Assembly (NCBI GenBank): GCA_964234715.1 | Contig: OZ174280.1 | Origin: Podarcis melisellensis | Taxonomy: Eukaryota | Direction: 5' to 3' (one strand) | DNA: 64,000 nt | Shown here: positions 25,908 through 38,793 of the stretch, piece after piece | Layout: every line of letters starts with the position of its first letter | How positions within the stretch are numbered: position 1 is the stretch's first letter | Made by a program: the position numbers and the translations under genes | Notes under the pieces: model-generated | The model's database searches: none | What the model saw: only the letters and a program-made list of their open reading frames with translations | What the model was told of the DNA's origin: nothing

Positions 25908-28900
25908 ATCTATTGCATTAATATGACCTGACCATACAATTACTAATCTGCATCTGAGTTGCTGTTGATCAGTTTTTAAAATCACAATCTGGGGTGGGGG
26001 GGTGGGAGCTGGAAGCCCTTCTGTTGTTGCTATTGTTAAATATGTTGGAAACGGAAATAGTTGTTGATCTACTGCAAATCACCCAGAGATTTACTAATAG
26101 ATCCTCATCTGCATTTTGCTTACCCCCTTTACAGAAGAATAGAGCTTCCCACATTTTAAAATGTATATCCTAATGTGAGTTATTTTCACATTGCCACCCA
26201 AATGAGTAGCATGTTAATTCAACAATAAAGTTTTTTAATGGTTTTGTCATGGTCATCTGGTCCCAATTCAGTCTGTGGGTTTTTTTGGGGGGGGGTGTTG
26301 TAAAATCTATCCCAAGAAAATAATAATAATAAAATACATGGAGATAATACTTGAGCACACTTAGCATGCTTACTTATTTTCTTTTGGCCCCTTGGCAAGC
26401 CATAGATTTCTCTGGCATAGAAAGAACAACAGACAAGTTACATTTGATGGCAACCATCACATAAGCGTCTCTAAGGAATGCATGGGGTGACCATGCCATG
26501 AGCGCACAGAGGTACCTCTATGTATGGGCCCTAAGACTAGGTCATACAGGATCCTGGCATGCACATTCTGCTAAGGAGTATGGCCCCAACCTACCATTTA
26601 TAATATTCTGCATGAAGTGGTACTAATGCATGTGCATTTGTATGTATGTGTGCCCTACCTACACAATTATAGGTGGGTGGTTCTTCTACACACACACTAA
26701 ATTCACACCAGGTTCACATTAAATGACTGCACAGCAGTGGGGCCTGATCCTGTGGCTCATTTGTAGTCCAGTGCATGTTGAACATGTTGGGACCTCATGT
26801 GAACTCTTTCTGCCTCAGTTGGGAAAGAAAGATGTAATATATTTGATTTGGGAGTGTTGTCCAACTATAACACCTGCTCATAAGTCTGAGAAATTTGTAT
26901 TGACCAGCTCACTTCCCCCAGATGTCTCTTTTTATCCAGCTTGAAGAATACAAGCTGATGATTCCTCTGTACTTAATGATCAATGGTGTGTGTACATTAA
27001 TGCCTCTGCTGGGGGGTCTTGTGGTGTCTGGTCATCCTGGCAGATTGAATAGGGGTGAAGCTAAGAGATAGGTTTGAAGTGGTGGGGGATATGCAGGTGG
27101 GAATTTCTCCCAGATTTCTCCCAGATTTTAAGTCTGGGAAGGGTTACCAGGACAGTAGTCTAAACCTCAGTTATGATGCAATCCATCAAATTCACTACAG
27201 TAATTAACTTGAAAAAAACAGTTTTCAAGTTTTTATTTCTTCTAAAACAGTCTACAGTACTCGGTTAGAAAGATTTAACTCATGGGGAAGCCTCTTGTCC
27301 AAAAGCTACTCTGTGTCATTGCTAAAAACTAAGCTGGTTTTTAAAACTTTTTTATTCCTTAACTTTATTGGGTTTTAACATGTATATAAGTTTAACACTT
27401 GAAATTACCAAAGTTGAAAACTATTCATGGCACCCCTTTCTTCCTGTCTGATTTTGAATATAAATGTACCTCTGTATCTTTGTCCTGAATCCACAGCCCT
27501 TTAGTTTATAGTATCTTCTTCCTGTGACAGTCTTTAAAACTTGTTATTAAATTACCTATGAAGTTAAACAAAGAAGAACTCCATAAACCTCTCACAATAA
27601 AGTCAAGATTCTTTTATCAAGTGGCAAGTCATGCTTGACAGGGGGTTCCCTCCCCCAGTATTGATATGGCTATCAAGTTGCAGTTGACCATGTCTGCCCC
27701 TTTCAAGCCATGTCTACTTAGCTATGTGCCTAATGAAACCACCCCACTTCCTTTGTGCTTTAGGATGAGGTGGATTGTGGGGGGCAGAGAATTTCTTCTT
27801 AGTGCAGATGCACAGGAGGATACAAGGTAACTCTTTTGTTTGCTGTGGGAAGAGTTGGCACTTTGTTCTTTGTCTTTACGATGCGTTGCATAATGGCAAC
27901 CTGCAACCCTTGAATAGCTTCAATAGACATCACTCTAATGATCCCATGGTGCTCAGCAGCACAAGTGCTACTCTCAGCTCTTGTAATGCATACTGTCCTC
28001 ACTCATTTCTGCCAGGCTCCTGGGCACTGTTGCTAAGTGTCCCCAGGGCTGGAGTGAGCATGCCAGCCCCCCCCTTCCCCAATCTCTCTGGGTGGCTAGG
28101 CAGTCCCATTTTTTTGCCTGGCTGCTCTTTTGCTAAGCACCCCTGCAGTGATGCAATAAGCTTTCCGGAGCAATGGTTATCGGTTGGCCTTTTACTCTTT
28201 TGTACAAAACCCAAATGTCCTCCTGTTCTTCCTTCTCAGCTCCTCCCTCTCCTCCCCCTCCCATCTGTGATTGCCTTTCAATGGAAGGGCCAGCAAAGGA
28301 GGGGTTAATACCCAGTGGCACCTGCAGCTTGGCCGGTGGTGTTGACATGAGGAGGAGGGGAGATTCTTGGTGGGTGGGGGGGCAAGCAGAATGAGGAGGG
28401 GGAATGGTTGGTGGCTTTATTATAAAGAGCTCAGCAGGCCCTGGGCTCCCATTGTCCAAGTGGCAAATAAATAAATAGGAGAAAGCAAGTCTTCCCTATG
28501 GCTCCACCACGGGAGGTTAACAGCTGGGCATGACATGACAAATTGGACCCTTTTTGGTAGAGATGGATCCTATCAGCCCTGAGCAGTAGAGCTTAAGCGG
28601 GAGGGAACATCGCAAAGGCTTGTTTAACTTTGGAAGGGATTTTCTTTCCTTGCTGCCATGTATGTGGCTTTCTTCTCTTACAAAGTTTACCCCTTGAAAT
28701 AACAACATTATGAGCTTAATGTCAGAATAGACCACACAAGCCCATTTGGGGATGGGAAGGGATATGTTTCTTTATGTTTATTATGTTTCTTTTCTTTAGT
28801 CATGAAGCCCTTGCAGGGAGCCAGAACCAGATCTGTAAATTAGGTGCCCACCTCCACCACACCCCATTTCATGTTTCATACAGCCTACCTGTTTCTTCCA

Positions 28901-29451
28901 CTGGGATTTTTGAAAGGAATATAGTTTTCTGAAGAATTACAAAATTTTAGATTTAGACTGATACAGTGGTGCTGGGACGGGGGAGGCGGGGGGGGCGTGG
29001 TCCTAGGTGCATTTTTTTTAATGGGGCACAACCAGACACCCCTTTGACAAGCTCCCTCATCAGAGCCTGAAACAGCTGAAAGACTCCAGATGCAGCTCCA
29101 CTCCCAGGTCAAGCCTGACCCAGAGGTAGAGAGAGGAGAGTCGCAGCAATGTTGCTGTCCACTCTCCTCAGTTGCAGTGCGCCAGCCGCAGTAGCTCCAC
29201 CCCTGGGTCAGGCCTGACTTGGGGTTGCAGCGAGCTCCCTCCAAGCCCCACCCCCCATGGGGGTGCACCCCATGCTCTTGCCCCAGGCAGTGCTAGCCTA
29301 TGCTCTGCCGCTAGACTGATAACCCCCAGTTGCCTCCCACCCCCCCCCACAAAGAAACCCCAGAACTATTTGGCATGGTATGGTTGGTTTCATAGCATTA
29401 GAATCCAATGGATGCCATTTTAAAACTCATGGGATGGATTTGCTTGTTAAC

Positions 29452-29648
29452 AATAGGCACCTCAGAAGCTGCTTTATATTGAGCCAGGCTATTGGTCCAT
29501 CTAGCTCAGTACTGTCTACACTGACAGGCAGCAGCTCTACAGGGTTTCAGGCAGGAGACATTAGTTCTATCTGGAGATGTTGTGGATCGAACCTGGGACC
29601 TTTTGCATGCAAAGCACATGTTCTGCCACTGAGCTGTGGTCCTTCCCC
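29452..29648 (-). mobile_element. tRNA-derived squamate SINE
   Basis: Minus strand GGGGAAGGACCACAGCTCAGTGG (A box 29626-29635) and GGTTCGATCC (B box 29584-29593), followed by a LINE-like tail. Confidence 0.8.
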
Positions 29649-30524
29649 TAGCTAATTTCTGAATTTTGCCTCATTTTGGAACTGAAAAGTGCCAGGCAGG
29701 AGTCACCCACCCCATTTCGCTGCCTGCCCCACCTCTGAAGCCTCATTTATTAGGGTCCCATGGCTGTGGTTTTTGGGTTTCGGCAAGATATTCCAAAAAG
29801 CCTGTGAGATCTCACTGGACGTCACAGCTGCTTCTCCTTGCTTCTTCAGTGGTGGTGGTGGGGTGCAGGTGGGGTAACCCCCCCCCACCACCACAGAAGT
29901 GAGGAGAAGCAGTGGGGGAAAGGGTTTGGAGCAACCAAATTCAGAGAGGTAAGGCCCAGAATGGTAGAAGGTTCAGAGCCTTCTCTTCTGTGTGCTTGTC
30001 TTGCTGTTAAAGTATGTGACCCCTCCCCTACTTTCTGTGAGTGGACTGGACAAGTGAAAAATGTCTCCATCACATTTAGTTTTAGCCTAATTCACTTGCA
30101 GAGGTGATTAGTGTTAGATTTTCTGGTCCTGTTCTTTGCCCCACCCTCCAGCCACTTTGAAAGCTATTCCAGACTTCCCAGAAGAGGACAGTAGAGACAA
30201 AAAGTGACGTCTGGCTACTGAGTGCTGATGGGGGAGGCAAAAGGCTAAGATTACAATGCCTGGAGAATACTTTTAGCACTAATTTAAAGCTGGACAAGCA
30301 TGAACTTTACAAAGCATGTATTCCATGCCCTTCTAAATACATTGCTGAAAGCAAATTCAAATCTCTTGTGTAAATCTATCCTTTAGAAATTTTAAGAAAC
30401 ATAGAGCAAGATCACTGTTTTTTGAAAGTTGTACAATGAACCCCCCCCCCTTTTGTGTGTAGGAATTTGTGACTGTGACTGTTGCTTTACTTAGGTGTAT
30501 AAATTAATGCCTCACACTGCCCCC

Positions 30525-30600
30525 CCAGCAAAAATAACAAAGGGTCTTGTGGCACCTTCAGTACTAACAAATTTATTATGACGTAAGCTTTTGTGGACTC
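30525..30600 (-). mobile_element. Penelope-like element terminal fragment
   Basis: AACAAAGGGTCTTGTGGCACCTTCAGTACTAACAAATTTATT...TAAGCTTTTGTGGAC resembles the reptile Penelope-type end that follows a hammerhead; a related copy is at 57285-57398. Confidence 0.6.
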
Positions 30601-31784
30601 AAGGTGCTTAAGTAGTTTTCAGTGCAGATGAAAAAACAACCTTAGGTGTGAATGTGACAGATATTTTAAATAAACCTCGTTGGGAAAATAAAATCCCACA
30701 AGGCTAGGCGTGTAGTAGAAACTTCTTCTGAAGGCATTCAACACTCCCACTCTTTCTTCAGATCCAAATAACTTTCTCCTCTTGTTCCTCATTCTGCAAG
30801 TTAAGAGATATGGTAAATACATATAGGAGGGAGAGAACCTGGAAGAGAATGGCAGAGCTGCCACTTGAGCATCAGTATACAAGCTTCCTAAGCATTATAA
30901 GCATATGCTTCCTGGGGGTAGACAACATGCCTTCGTTCTGTAGCATGCAGCTGATTCTGTGGAGCCCACCCAAGGGAATAGTACTATTTTCCCGCTTGCA
31001 TTCCAGCAGTTGAGACTGACCTCAAGACGTGGGGGAAACATTTTCTTTCAAATAAAACAAAACACCAGTCCCTCTATTTCTGAAGTTGACAAGCATATAT
31101 AAATGGCACCATTTATGTACAAGGAGGGGATATTTGCAGGCTTGAGGGAACACCAAGATTTACAGAAGTACAAAAAAATTAACAAACAAAATACCCAAAG
31201 GGGAGACACCCCCCCAGTCGAAAAAGGACTGAGCATGCTTAGTCGCTGCATAATGCTTATTCATTGTTAGAGCTTGGAAGTGCAAATCAGGGAAATGGGA
31301 AGTATATCCTATAGAAGGGCATGGCTGGCTGACTGGAACTCTGAATAGGAAAACTCCATGCTGCAACATTTTGTTGCAAGTTCCACTTGTAAACTTCTGG
31401 TTTTCTGTGTGTCCACAGAAGAGTCTGTACACCTGATATATTATTTTGGCCTGGGCTACATGTGTAGGTACATGTAGATGGGGTGTGTCTTGTATGCATC
31501 TGCAGCCCTTTTGTTCATTATATGTATTTTTAAATTTCAATGTTGAATCAATGTTGAAAACTTATAGGGGCTGAGGGAATTCTGTTTTTCTAGTTCTATT
31601 CTGGGAAACCAGAGAGCACCCCTCTCTGTCTTAGAGTAAGATGCCGACCCTGTCCTTCTAAGCAAGAGTTGCTATCCCAATAGTGAGACTGCTTCCTCAA
31701 CCCATCAAATGGTCCCTTACCCATTTACGGTAAGAAAATTTTCCTTTCCCTCACAACTTCACCTGGGGCTTTACACATAAATAC

Positions 31785-31788
<4 letters not shown>

Positions 31789-31817
<29 letters not shown>
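31789..31817. repeat. (TC)n microsatellite
   Basis: About 14 perfect TC units. Confidence 0.95.
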
Positions 31818-31820
<3 letters not shown>

Positions 31821-33382
31821 TGTCTCATATCTCCACTCCTGCCCATAAACGCCACAGTGAGGCCACAGCCTGATTGAATTTGGAAGCCTTTGTTTACAGA
31901 CGTCTGGCTGGACAAGAGGCTATTTATTGAATTTTCCATGAAATGTTGCTCCCTTAATGCTGTAAAGAGCAGGCTGCCCACATCAAGAGGGAGGTTGTGT
32001 TAACAGATCAGGTTACTCTAAGATGCATTGTATGCCTGTCCCACACTCTTTCTGCATGCTCAGGCAAGCTTAAGTGTGTGCCTGTGTGTGTGTATACATA
32101 CACATATCATTGGGGACTGATGTTGGGATTGCACTATAGTGGGGAACTGTCTTTTGCCCATGGAGTTGTATCTTCCTCACACCAGAAAGGACTGGTAGTT
32201 CCTTTCAAAGAGACTCTGTCATCACAAGGCTAGTTGTGCTGGTACATCACCTTCAGCATCGGGGTAGAATGTGGAGTTGAGAAAATTAATTACATAAGAT
32301 TGTATCCCAGATTCTAGCCCCCACAAGCAGAAATTCATGATGAAGTATTTTGCTTTCTGCTTTTTGGAAATTTTGGCAGCCTAAGTATAAGACTGGCCAA
32401 TACTCCAATATTTGGAAGGCTTGGACTGTTCCTCAAGAGCAGGTGGAGCTTGTGCCTGATCAGTGTCTGGGCAATGGTGGCTATTTATGGGAGTTAACCA
32501 ATAAGTGTGATCTATGTATTCATAGATGCTGTGATGCAAAAAGGAACATCATAGAATGCATTACAGCAGAGATGTATTTTGTGATGCAGGTAGTCTAATT
32601 TTTGTTCTATTTGTTTTTGTTAGATGTCTTAAGTTAAAAAGAAAATAACAAATTAATGTGACCAAATATTTTGGTGGAAGGAAATAAATTACCGTATGTT
32701 GTGTGGGCTGCTTATAGATTAGTCCCTAGTAAATTGACCAAGAAAAATAAAAGCTTTTTTGCAAAGCATGTAAAAGATCCACACCACATACTTTGACCTC
32801 TAATCCTGTTTCGCAATGGGGTGGGTGTGAGTTATATTCTGCCTAAAATAAGCTATGTCTACAATTTTCTCCTGTAGCAGTTATCATTACATGGGTTTCC
32901 TCTCCTCCTTGGAAAGAGAAAGTTATGTGTGCAAATGTATATTGAAAGGCTCTGAACTGAAAGCCCCAGGATTCCCAAGGAAAAATAAAAGGGCTTCGGA
33001 GAGTCCATGTGTTCACCATGTTAGAAAAACAAACCCCCACAAATAGAGCATACCAAACACTGTGAAGAGGAGGTGATTTCAAGGAGAACTGGAGGGGTGT
33101 GTCCCCAGCATCACAGCATTTATTTGGGTCTTCCTTCATTGGTGCAGGCAGGAGGGCAGGATGGTTGTGGGATTGTTTTCTCAGACTTGATTGGTTTATT
33201 TATCCTTGGACCAGACTCCCATCTGGTCCAACTTCAAATGGGAGCTGTGGCAAAGCTACTGGGAGAGAGCAGCTGAGGAAAGCATAGAAGTATTCCTGGA
33301 AATAGAAGTGGCTGTGTGTGAAGGGGAATGGTCAGAATCTGCTCCCAGAGCCAAGCTGTATGACTCACTGTATTTTGCTTGC

Positions 33383-35050
33383 CTTTATTTATTTAATGAA
33401 AATGTTTATATACCATTTCTCTTTAATATGAAGATGGTATATAAGAAAACAATTCAATACAAAATAACAATTCAAAATACAATAAAAGTAATCCAATTAC
33501 AACAGCATACTACAGTTTCAGCAACCAGGAATCATTCAGTTGATAGGTTCCAGCTATATGTCAGGGGAGAGTTCACTCCACAAGCTGGGAGCCACCACTG
33601 AAAAGGCCTACCTCCAGGTTGCTGCAACTTAAACCTCTGCAAGCTAACATAACCTAATAGGGTTATCTCCCAAGATCTTAGTGAATGGACAGGTATATGT
33701 GGCAGAAGGTGTTACTTTAGATGGTAGTCAGTGTGAATCCTTTAACAGTTGTAATATGTGCACAGTAGTTTGCCTCACTTAGCATCTTAGTTGCTGCATC
33801 ATGAGTTGCAGCTTCTGAACTAGTCTTAAGGACAATCCCACATAGAGGGCATTCCAGTTGTCCAGTCTTGAGGTTACCGATGCTAGGCCAGTGTTTCCCA
33901 ACCTTGGGCCTCCAGCTGTTTTTGAACTACAATTCCCATCATCCCTGACCACTGGTCTTGCTAGCTAGGGATGATGGGAGTTGTAGGCCAAAAACATCTG
34001 GAGGCCCAAGGTTGGGAAACACTGTGCTAGGCTATCTAAGTCCAGGAATGGTCGTGACTGATGCAGTTACAACTGGCACTCTTAGCCACTGAGACATCCA
34101 GTGAAAAAGATGAATCAAGGAACACCTCCGCCCCAGGCTACATATCTTCAGGGCTACATATCTTCAGGGGGAGTACAACCCTGTCTTGAACAGGTACACT
34201 CTTCCAGGGCTTCAGTCTTATCAGGATTCAGCTGCAGCATATTGGCTGTCTTTCTGCTCTCTACTGCTTCCAGACACTATCCCTGAATCATTCCTCATTC
34301 AGATGTAACAACATGACAGAAAGAAAGTTGGGTATCATCAACATACTGATAATATTTAGCTCCAAGTCCCCCAATAGCTTCATATAGATTTTACAATCTA
34401 TATTTTCCTTGCAGCACCCCACAGCATAACTGTCAGGGGTCCGAAAATTCAGTGTTACTGTCTCAGACCATCCCTACAGGCAGAGCAGAATGCAGGGCTT
34501 CCAACTCACAAATTATGGAGGTGGTCCAGGAGGAGATACCGGTCAATGATATCAAAAGCCACTGAGAAACTGAGCAAGTATAACATGGTCACATTCCCTT
34601 ATCTCTCCAAATCATCTATAAAGGCAACCAATCTTTATTTCATCCCCAAATCACGTCCAAACTTAGACTGAAATATTAGATGATCAGTATCCTCCAGTAG
34701 TTCAGCTGAACTGAAACCACCCTTTTGAGCAGCTTACTCAAAAATAGGATATTACCAACTGAGTGTTAGTTGTTTAAAAAAAATGTACAGGATGCTTTTT
34801 TTCAGATGCAAGTGCACTACTTCCTCCTTAAGATGCCACTCCCTCGTTCTTCATAACCAGGACCCACTTGATCGGCCCACTTTGGATAGATTGAATCAGC
34901 CATCTTGGGCAGGAGTTGAGAGAGAAGACAATTAGCTGGACAGTGGCAAGCACACTGTCCACATTTTCAGACCACAAAATCTAAAACTGATCCCATAAAG
35001 CCTGATCATACTTTAAGTTTGAGTGAATGCCTCATTTGGACCTGCTACAA
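33383..35050 (-). mobile_element. Degraded L2 LINE ORF2 region (about 1.6 kb)
   Basis: Minus-strand remnants of QYADD (near 34332-34348), LDLSAAFDTIDH (near 34540-34575) and LDPCPSW (near 34900-34925); TTTA tail at the left end. Confidence 0.75.
33889..34024. mobile_element. Palindromic hAT MITE (136 bp) nested in L2
   Basis: 58-bp arms CAGTGTTTCCCAACCTTGGGCCTCCAG... with 4 mismatches; perfect TSD TGCTAGGC at 33881-33888 and 34025-34032. Confidence 0.95.
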
Positions 35051-35685
35051 TAGAGGTGGGAAACTGAATCTGGCTAGTAGAACATAGAGTTCTTTCTCCC
35101 ACCTCCCGTGGGTCTCATAAATCTCCTGATGTCAGATTACCTTTTTTGCTCATATAGGAATGCAGAGCCATTTTTGTTTTGTTGCTACAGATTTTGCATA
35201 CATGCACACATACAAGCCCCAGTTTGGACATGATGACTTCCTTGCCAGTCCTACTTTCTCCCCTAACCAGACACTGAATATCATTCTAAATGCCTGCCCA
35301 CCCCTAGTCACTTACGGATTGCCACAAGAATCAGGAACTTGATTCTGCTTGCCAGCCAATAAGTGGTCATTAGCTGCCATTCAAAAGACACAATGGAGTT
35401 CAGTGAAGCAGGGGCTGATCCTGTCTACACCAGGATGGAGGTGTTTTGCCTTCCTACCCAGCAGTCTGCCTGTGAATTTAAAAGTAGTGCAGTGTAAGCC
35501 ACAGTTGCATGTACATGGCTCAAATTTGGTGGCAGGGCCTATGTGGAGAATGCAGGAGCTGCCCAAGACTCATTTTTCTATATTACTTGAGCGAACAAGC
35601 AGTTGGCCATGTGCCAAAGACAAGCAGCAGCTGGAGGTCACCCCTTCTATCACTCTCTCACTCTCGCCCAAGCAAACCTTAGTCC

Positions 35686-36586
35686 TGTTAGGTTTCAGGC
35701 AGGGTGAAAGGGCAGGAGGTAAGCAGGAGACCGTGAGAGGGAAGAGCAAGAAGCAGCTGGAAGAAGGAAATGCTCAGTTCCTGTTCTTCGGGTCATTGCC
35801 TAGAGCAGCTGGGCGGGCCACTTATTTTCTTCTCATCAGCTCCCTAAATCAGAGAACCTATATGGACTGTTAAATAGATTTTTAAAGTGAGTACTATAGT
35901 GCTAACTATATCCTTGACATTAGCATAAGTTTCAGGTAGGTTTCACAGGTGAACTGGGCAAGTGACCTGGGGCCAGGACTGGCGGGAAACAGAGTATTTC
36001 TGCTGAAATAATCATCACAGTATCTTTATAGCCTCAGTTCACATCACCTAGCATACAAAGTCCATGCACAGAGTCGCTTGTGAGGAGCTCCACACACTTG
36101 CCCATCAAACAGAAGATTGGTGCTGGGTGAGAGGAGGCCTGGAATGACATCAAGTAAGATTAGAACTGCCTCAATGGCAAATCTATTCCTGAGAGCATCA
36201 GTCATCTTTTGTGTTGGCCATTTGAACTTGATAGACAATAAAATAAGAGTTCTGATCAGAAATCTGACTTGCTCTGGCAGGACTTGTCTACAGAAGGGGA
36301 AAGTACAAGGAGAACCCTTCCTTGCCACTGACTTTTTGGCTTGCAAGACTTAGGGACACAGTTGTGATTTAGGGATTGTATCCATCTTGACTAATACTCA
36401 TTGATAATACTCATTAATAATCATTAATCAAACTATCGTTTTTTAACTTTTAATAAACCTTGCTTCCCTCCTTTCCTTTGAAGTGAGCTGCACACATCTG
36501 ATAGCTTCCATTAATTTGCTATGGGCCTGCTACACATTGATAACTTGAATATCTTAAAACCATGTAGGCCTCAGGGCTATATAACA
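35686..36586 (+). mobile_element. Possible solo LTR
   Basis: TGTTA...TAACA termini and AATAAA near 36452; no TSD seen. Confidence 0.3.
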
Positions 36587-37654
36587 ATGCACTCTTTCCT
36601 TCAGCTGGAAAGTAGGTGGAAAAAGAGAGCTAGTATCATTCCTAGGAGTTAGACAAAGGTGTTTGGTTGCACTGTATGGGCACATTGGAAGGAAAACTTG
36701 CAAATAATGGGGTCAGCCTTTGCAGAGGCTGGGTTTCCCGTCCCATCACTCCTTAGCAGTCCCTGTTAAATCTGATCCTTTGTTTTAAGGGTCTGCCTGG
36801 CCCTTATGGGCAGCTGCAAATGGCAGTTTCTAAACGATCTTCACGCCAACTCCGTTGGTGCAGCAAAAACATCAAAGCCTATAATTCACGCCCTCCTGCG
36901 TGCTGTGCCTCACAAATGTTGAACCTTTGATGTGTACACCCCCTTTCTCCTTGTTACCTGCACATGGGGGCTAGTCTGTGTCGACTCTTTGCAACAAGAT
37001 GCCAGACCTGCTCAGTAAGGCAGTTTTATAGGGCATCTGCTGTCATTCAGTGTTTTTGCCCATTTGACGGGACATCTGTGCAACAGTAGAGAGGGGGAGG
37101 GGAGGTGGGGACAGCTGCTAAACAGCACCTAGACCCTTTCCCTCAGCATACACACCTGCAAAGAAGTGGATAGACTTTGTACCAGATGTACCATGTCCAC
37201 TCTTTAACAATTCATGCTGTGGCAGAGAACCCTCTGCCTATTGCCTTGTGCCTATTAATGTTCCTCTCAGAGAGCTCCGTGTCTTACTTCTTCTCTGCTT
37301 TGGAGTCTGAACTTGGTTGCATATACTGGGAAGTCTCCTTTTGTGGGGGAATTGGGGATGTTAGCATTTGCTCCATGATTACTGCTTTCTAGAACAATGA
37401 TTTTCAATTTTCTGAGAAAGACAATGTTTGCTATGAGAAAAGCAGGAATGGCTCACAAGCTTCTCTGAATCACCACTTCTGCCATTTGCAGCTTTCTCTC
37501 TACTGTTTTGCAGCCTTTTGGGAGGACTGTACATGTTCTGTTGCAGGAGTGGAGAAATGCAGGAGGCCAAATACACCTCTTCAGGCTTTCCTATCTAGCT
37601 CTTAAGACACTCCAGGCTACTTACTGTTATCAGCCACACACCCTCTCCCAAGGG

Positions 37655-37788
37655 CATTGTTCCCCAAACTTGGTTATCCGCTGTTGTTGGACTACAACTC
37701 CCATCATCCCTAGCTAGCAGGACCAGTGGTCAGGGATGATGGGAGTTGTAGTCCAACAACAGCGGATAACCAAGTTTGGGGAACAATG
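37655..37788. mobile_element. Palindromic hAT MITE (134 bp) with perfect 57-bp arms
   Basis: Arms 37655-37711 and 37732-37788 are exact reverse complements around a 20-nt spacer; TSD CCCAAGGG / CCCTAGGG (7/8). Confidence 0.95.
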
Positions 37789-37910
37789 CCCTAGGGTCAC
37801 ACTCCTCACCAGCCTTACTTCAAATCCCCCTTGGACATTGCATGTTGTTTTTCTTTTCTGGCAGGGGAGGGTTTGCTGAAATTCTGATGATGCCTCTTGA
37901 TTGTCTAGAT

Positions 37911-38043
37911 CAGGCTTCCTCAAACTCAGACCTCCAGATTTTTTTGGTCTACAACTCCCATGATCCCTAGCTAGCAGGACCAATAGTCAGGGATGATGGG
38001 AATTGTAGTCAAAACATCTGGAGGCCCAAGTTTGAGGAAGCCT
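37911..38043. mobile_element. Palindromic hAT MITE, same family
   Basis: CAGGCTTCCTCAAACT...AGTTTGAGGAAGCCT with the same GATCCCTAGCTAGCAGGACC core; right end and TSD partly deleted. Confidence 0.9.
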
Positions 38044-38247
38044 AGATGGAAGGAGCAGAGGAGTGTGTTTAAAATCTAGTCTGGTGTACAAAGTTAACAT
38101 TTGCATTTGTTGCTTTTCCCACTTTTGACTCTGGCCTCAGCTACCACTGGTATTTGGCCCCTGAAAGGTTGTCTAGATGGAAATGCAGCCCTTGGGGTGA
38201 AAATGGTTCCCTACCCCTGTTGTATGGCATGCCCTAGTTTGTGTAGG

Positions 38248-38793
38248 ATGTGTAGGATGTTTGTGTAGCAATGACAAACCTAGAAAAGCAATGACAAACC
38301 TAGACAGCATCTTAAAAAGCAGAGACATCACCTTGCCAACAAAGGTCCGTATAGTTAAAGCTATGGTTTTCCCAGTAGTGATGTATGGAAGTGAGAGCTG
38401 GACCATAAAGAAGGCTGATCGCCGAAGAATTGATGCTTTTGAATTATGGTGCTGGAGGAGACTCTTGAGAGTCCCATGGGCTGCAAGAAGATCAAACCTC
38501 TCCATTCTTAATGAAATCAGCCCTGAGTGCTCACTGGAAGGACAGATCATGAAGCTGAGGCTCCAATACTTTGGCCACCTCATGAGAAGAGAAGACTCCC
38601 TGGAAAAGACCCTGATGTTGGGAAAGATTGAGGGCACAAGGAGAAGGGAACGACAGAGGACGAGATGGTTGGACAGTGTTCTCGAAGCTACCAGCATGAG
38701 TTTGACCAAACTGCTGGAGGCAGTGGAAGACAGGAGTGCCTGGCGTGCTCTGGTCCATGGGGTCGCGAAGAGTCGGACACGACTAAACAACAA
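38248..38793 (+). mobile_element. BovB (RTE clade) LINE, 5'-truncated 3' fragment with open frame
   Basis: ORF 38261-38851 contains RKAMTNLDSILKSRDITLPTKVRIVKAMVFPVVMYGSESWTIKKADRRRIDAFELWCWRRLLRVPW...LQYFGHLMRR, typical of the BovB C-terminus; (CAA)n tail; TSD AGTTTGTGTAGG (38236-38247) / AGTTTGTATAGG (38794-38805). Confidence 0.95.

Noticed and set aside
27775-28459. 177-aa and 108-aa ORFs
   Set aside because: Pro/Leu/Ser-rich translations of GC-skewed DNA with no domain or splice support.
29560-29648. tRNA-like A and B boxes
   Set aside because: SINE head, not a tRNA gene: no complete cloverleaf and followed by a SINE body.
35349-35873. 174-aa ORF on + strand
   Set aside because: Non-ATG start, no recognisable homology; 3' part overlaps a possible LTR.
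33889-38043. Recurrent palindromic repeats as a CRISPR-like array
   Set aside because: Dispersed MITEs with individual 8-bp TSDs, no regular repeat-spacer period, no cas genes, eukaryotic context.
38173-38793. 206-aa ORF on - strand
   Set aside because: Antisense shadow of the BovB ORF.
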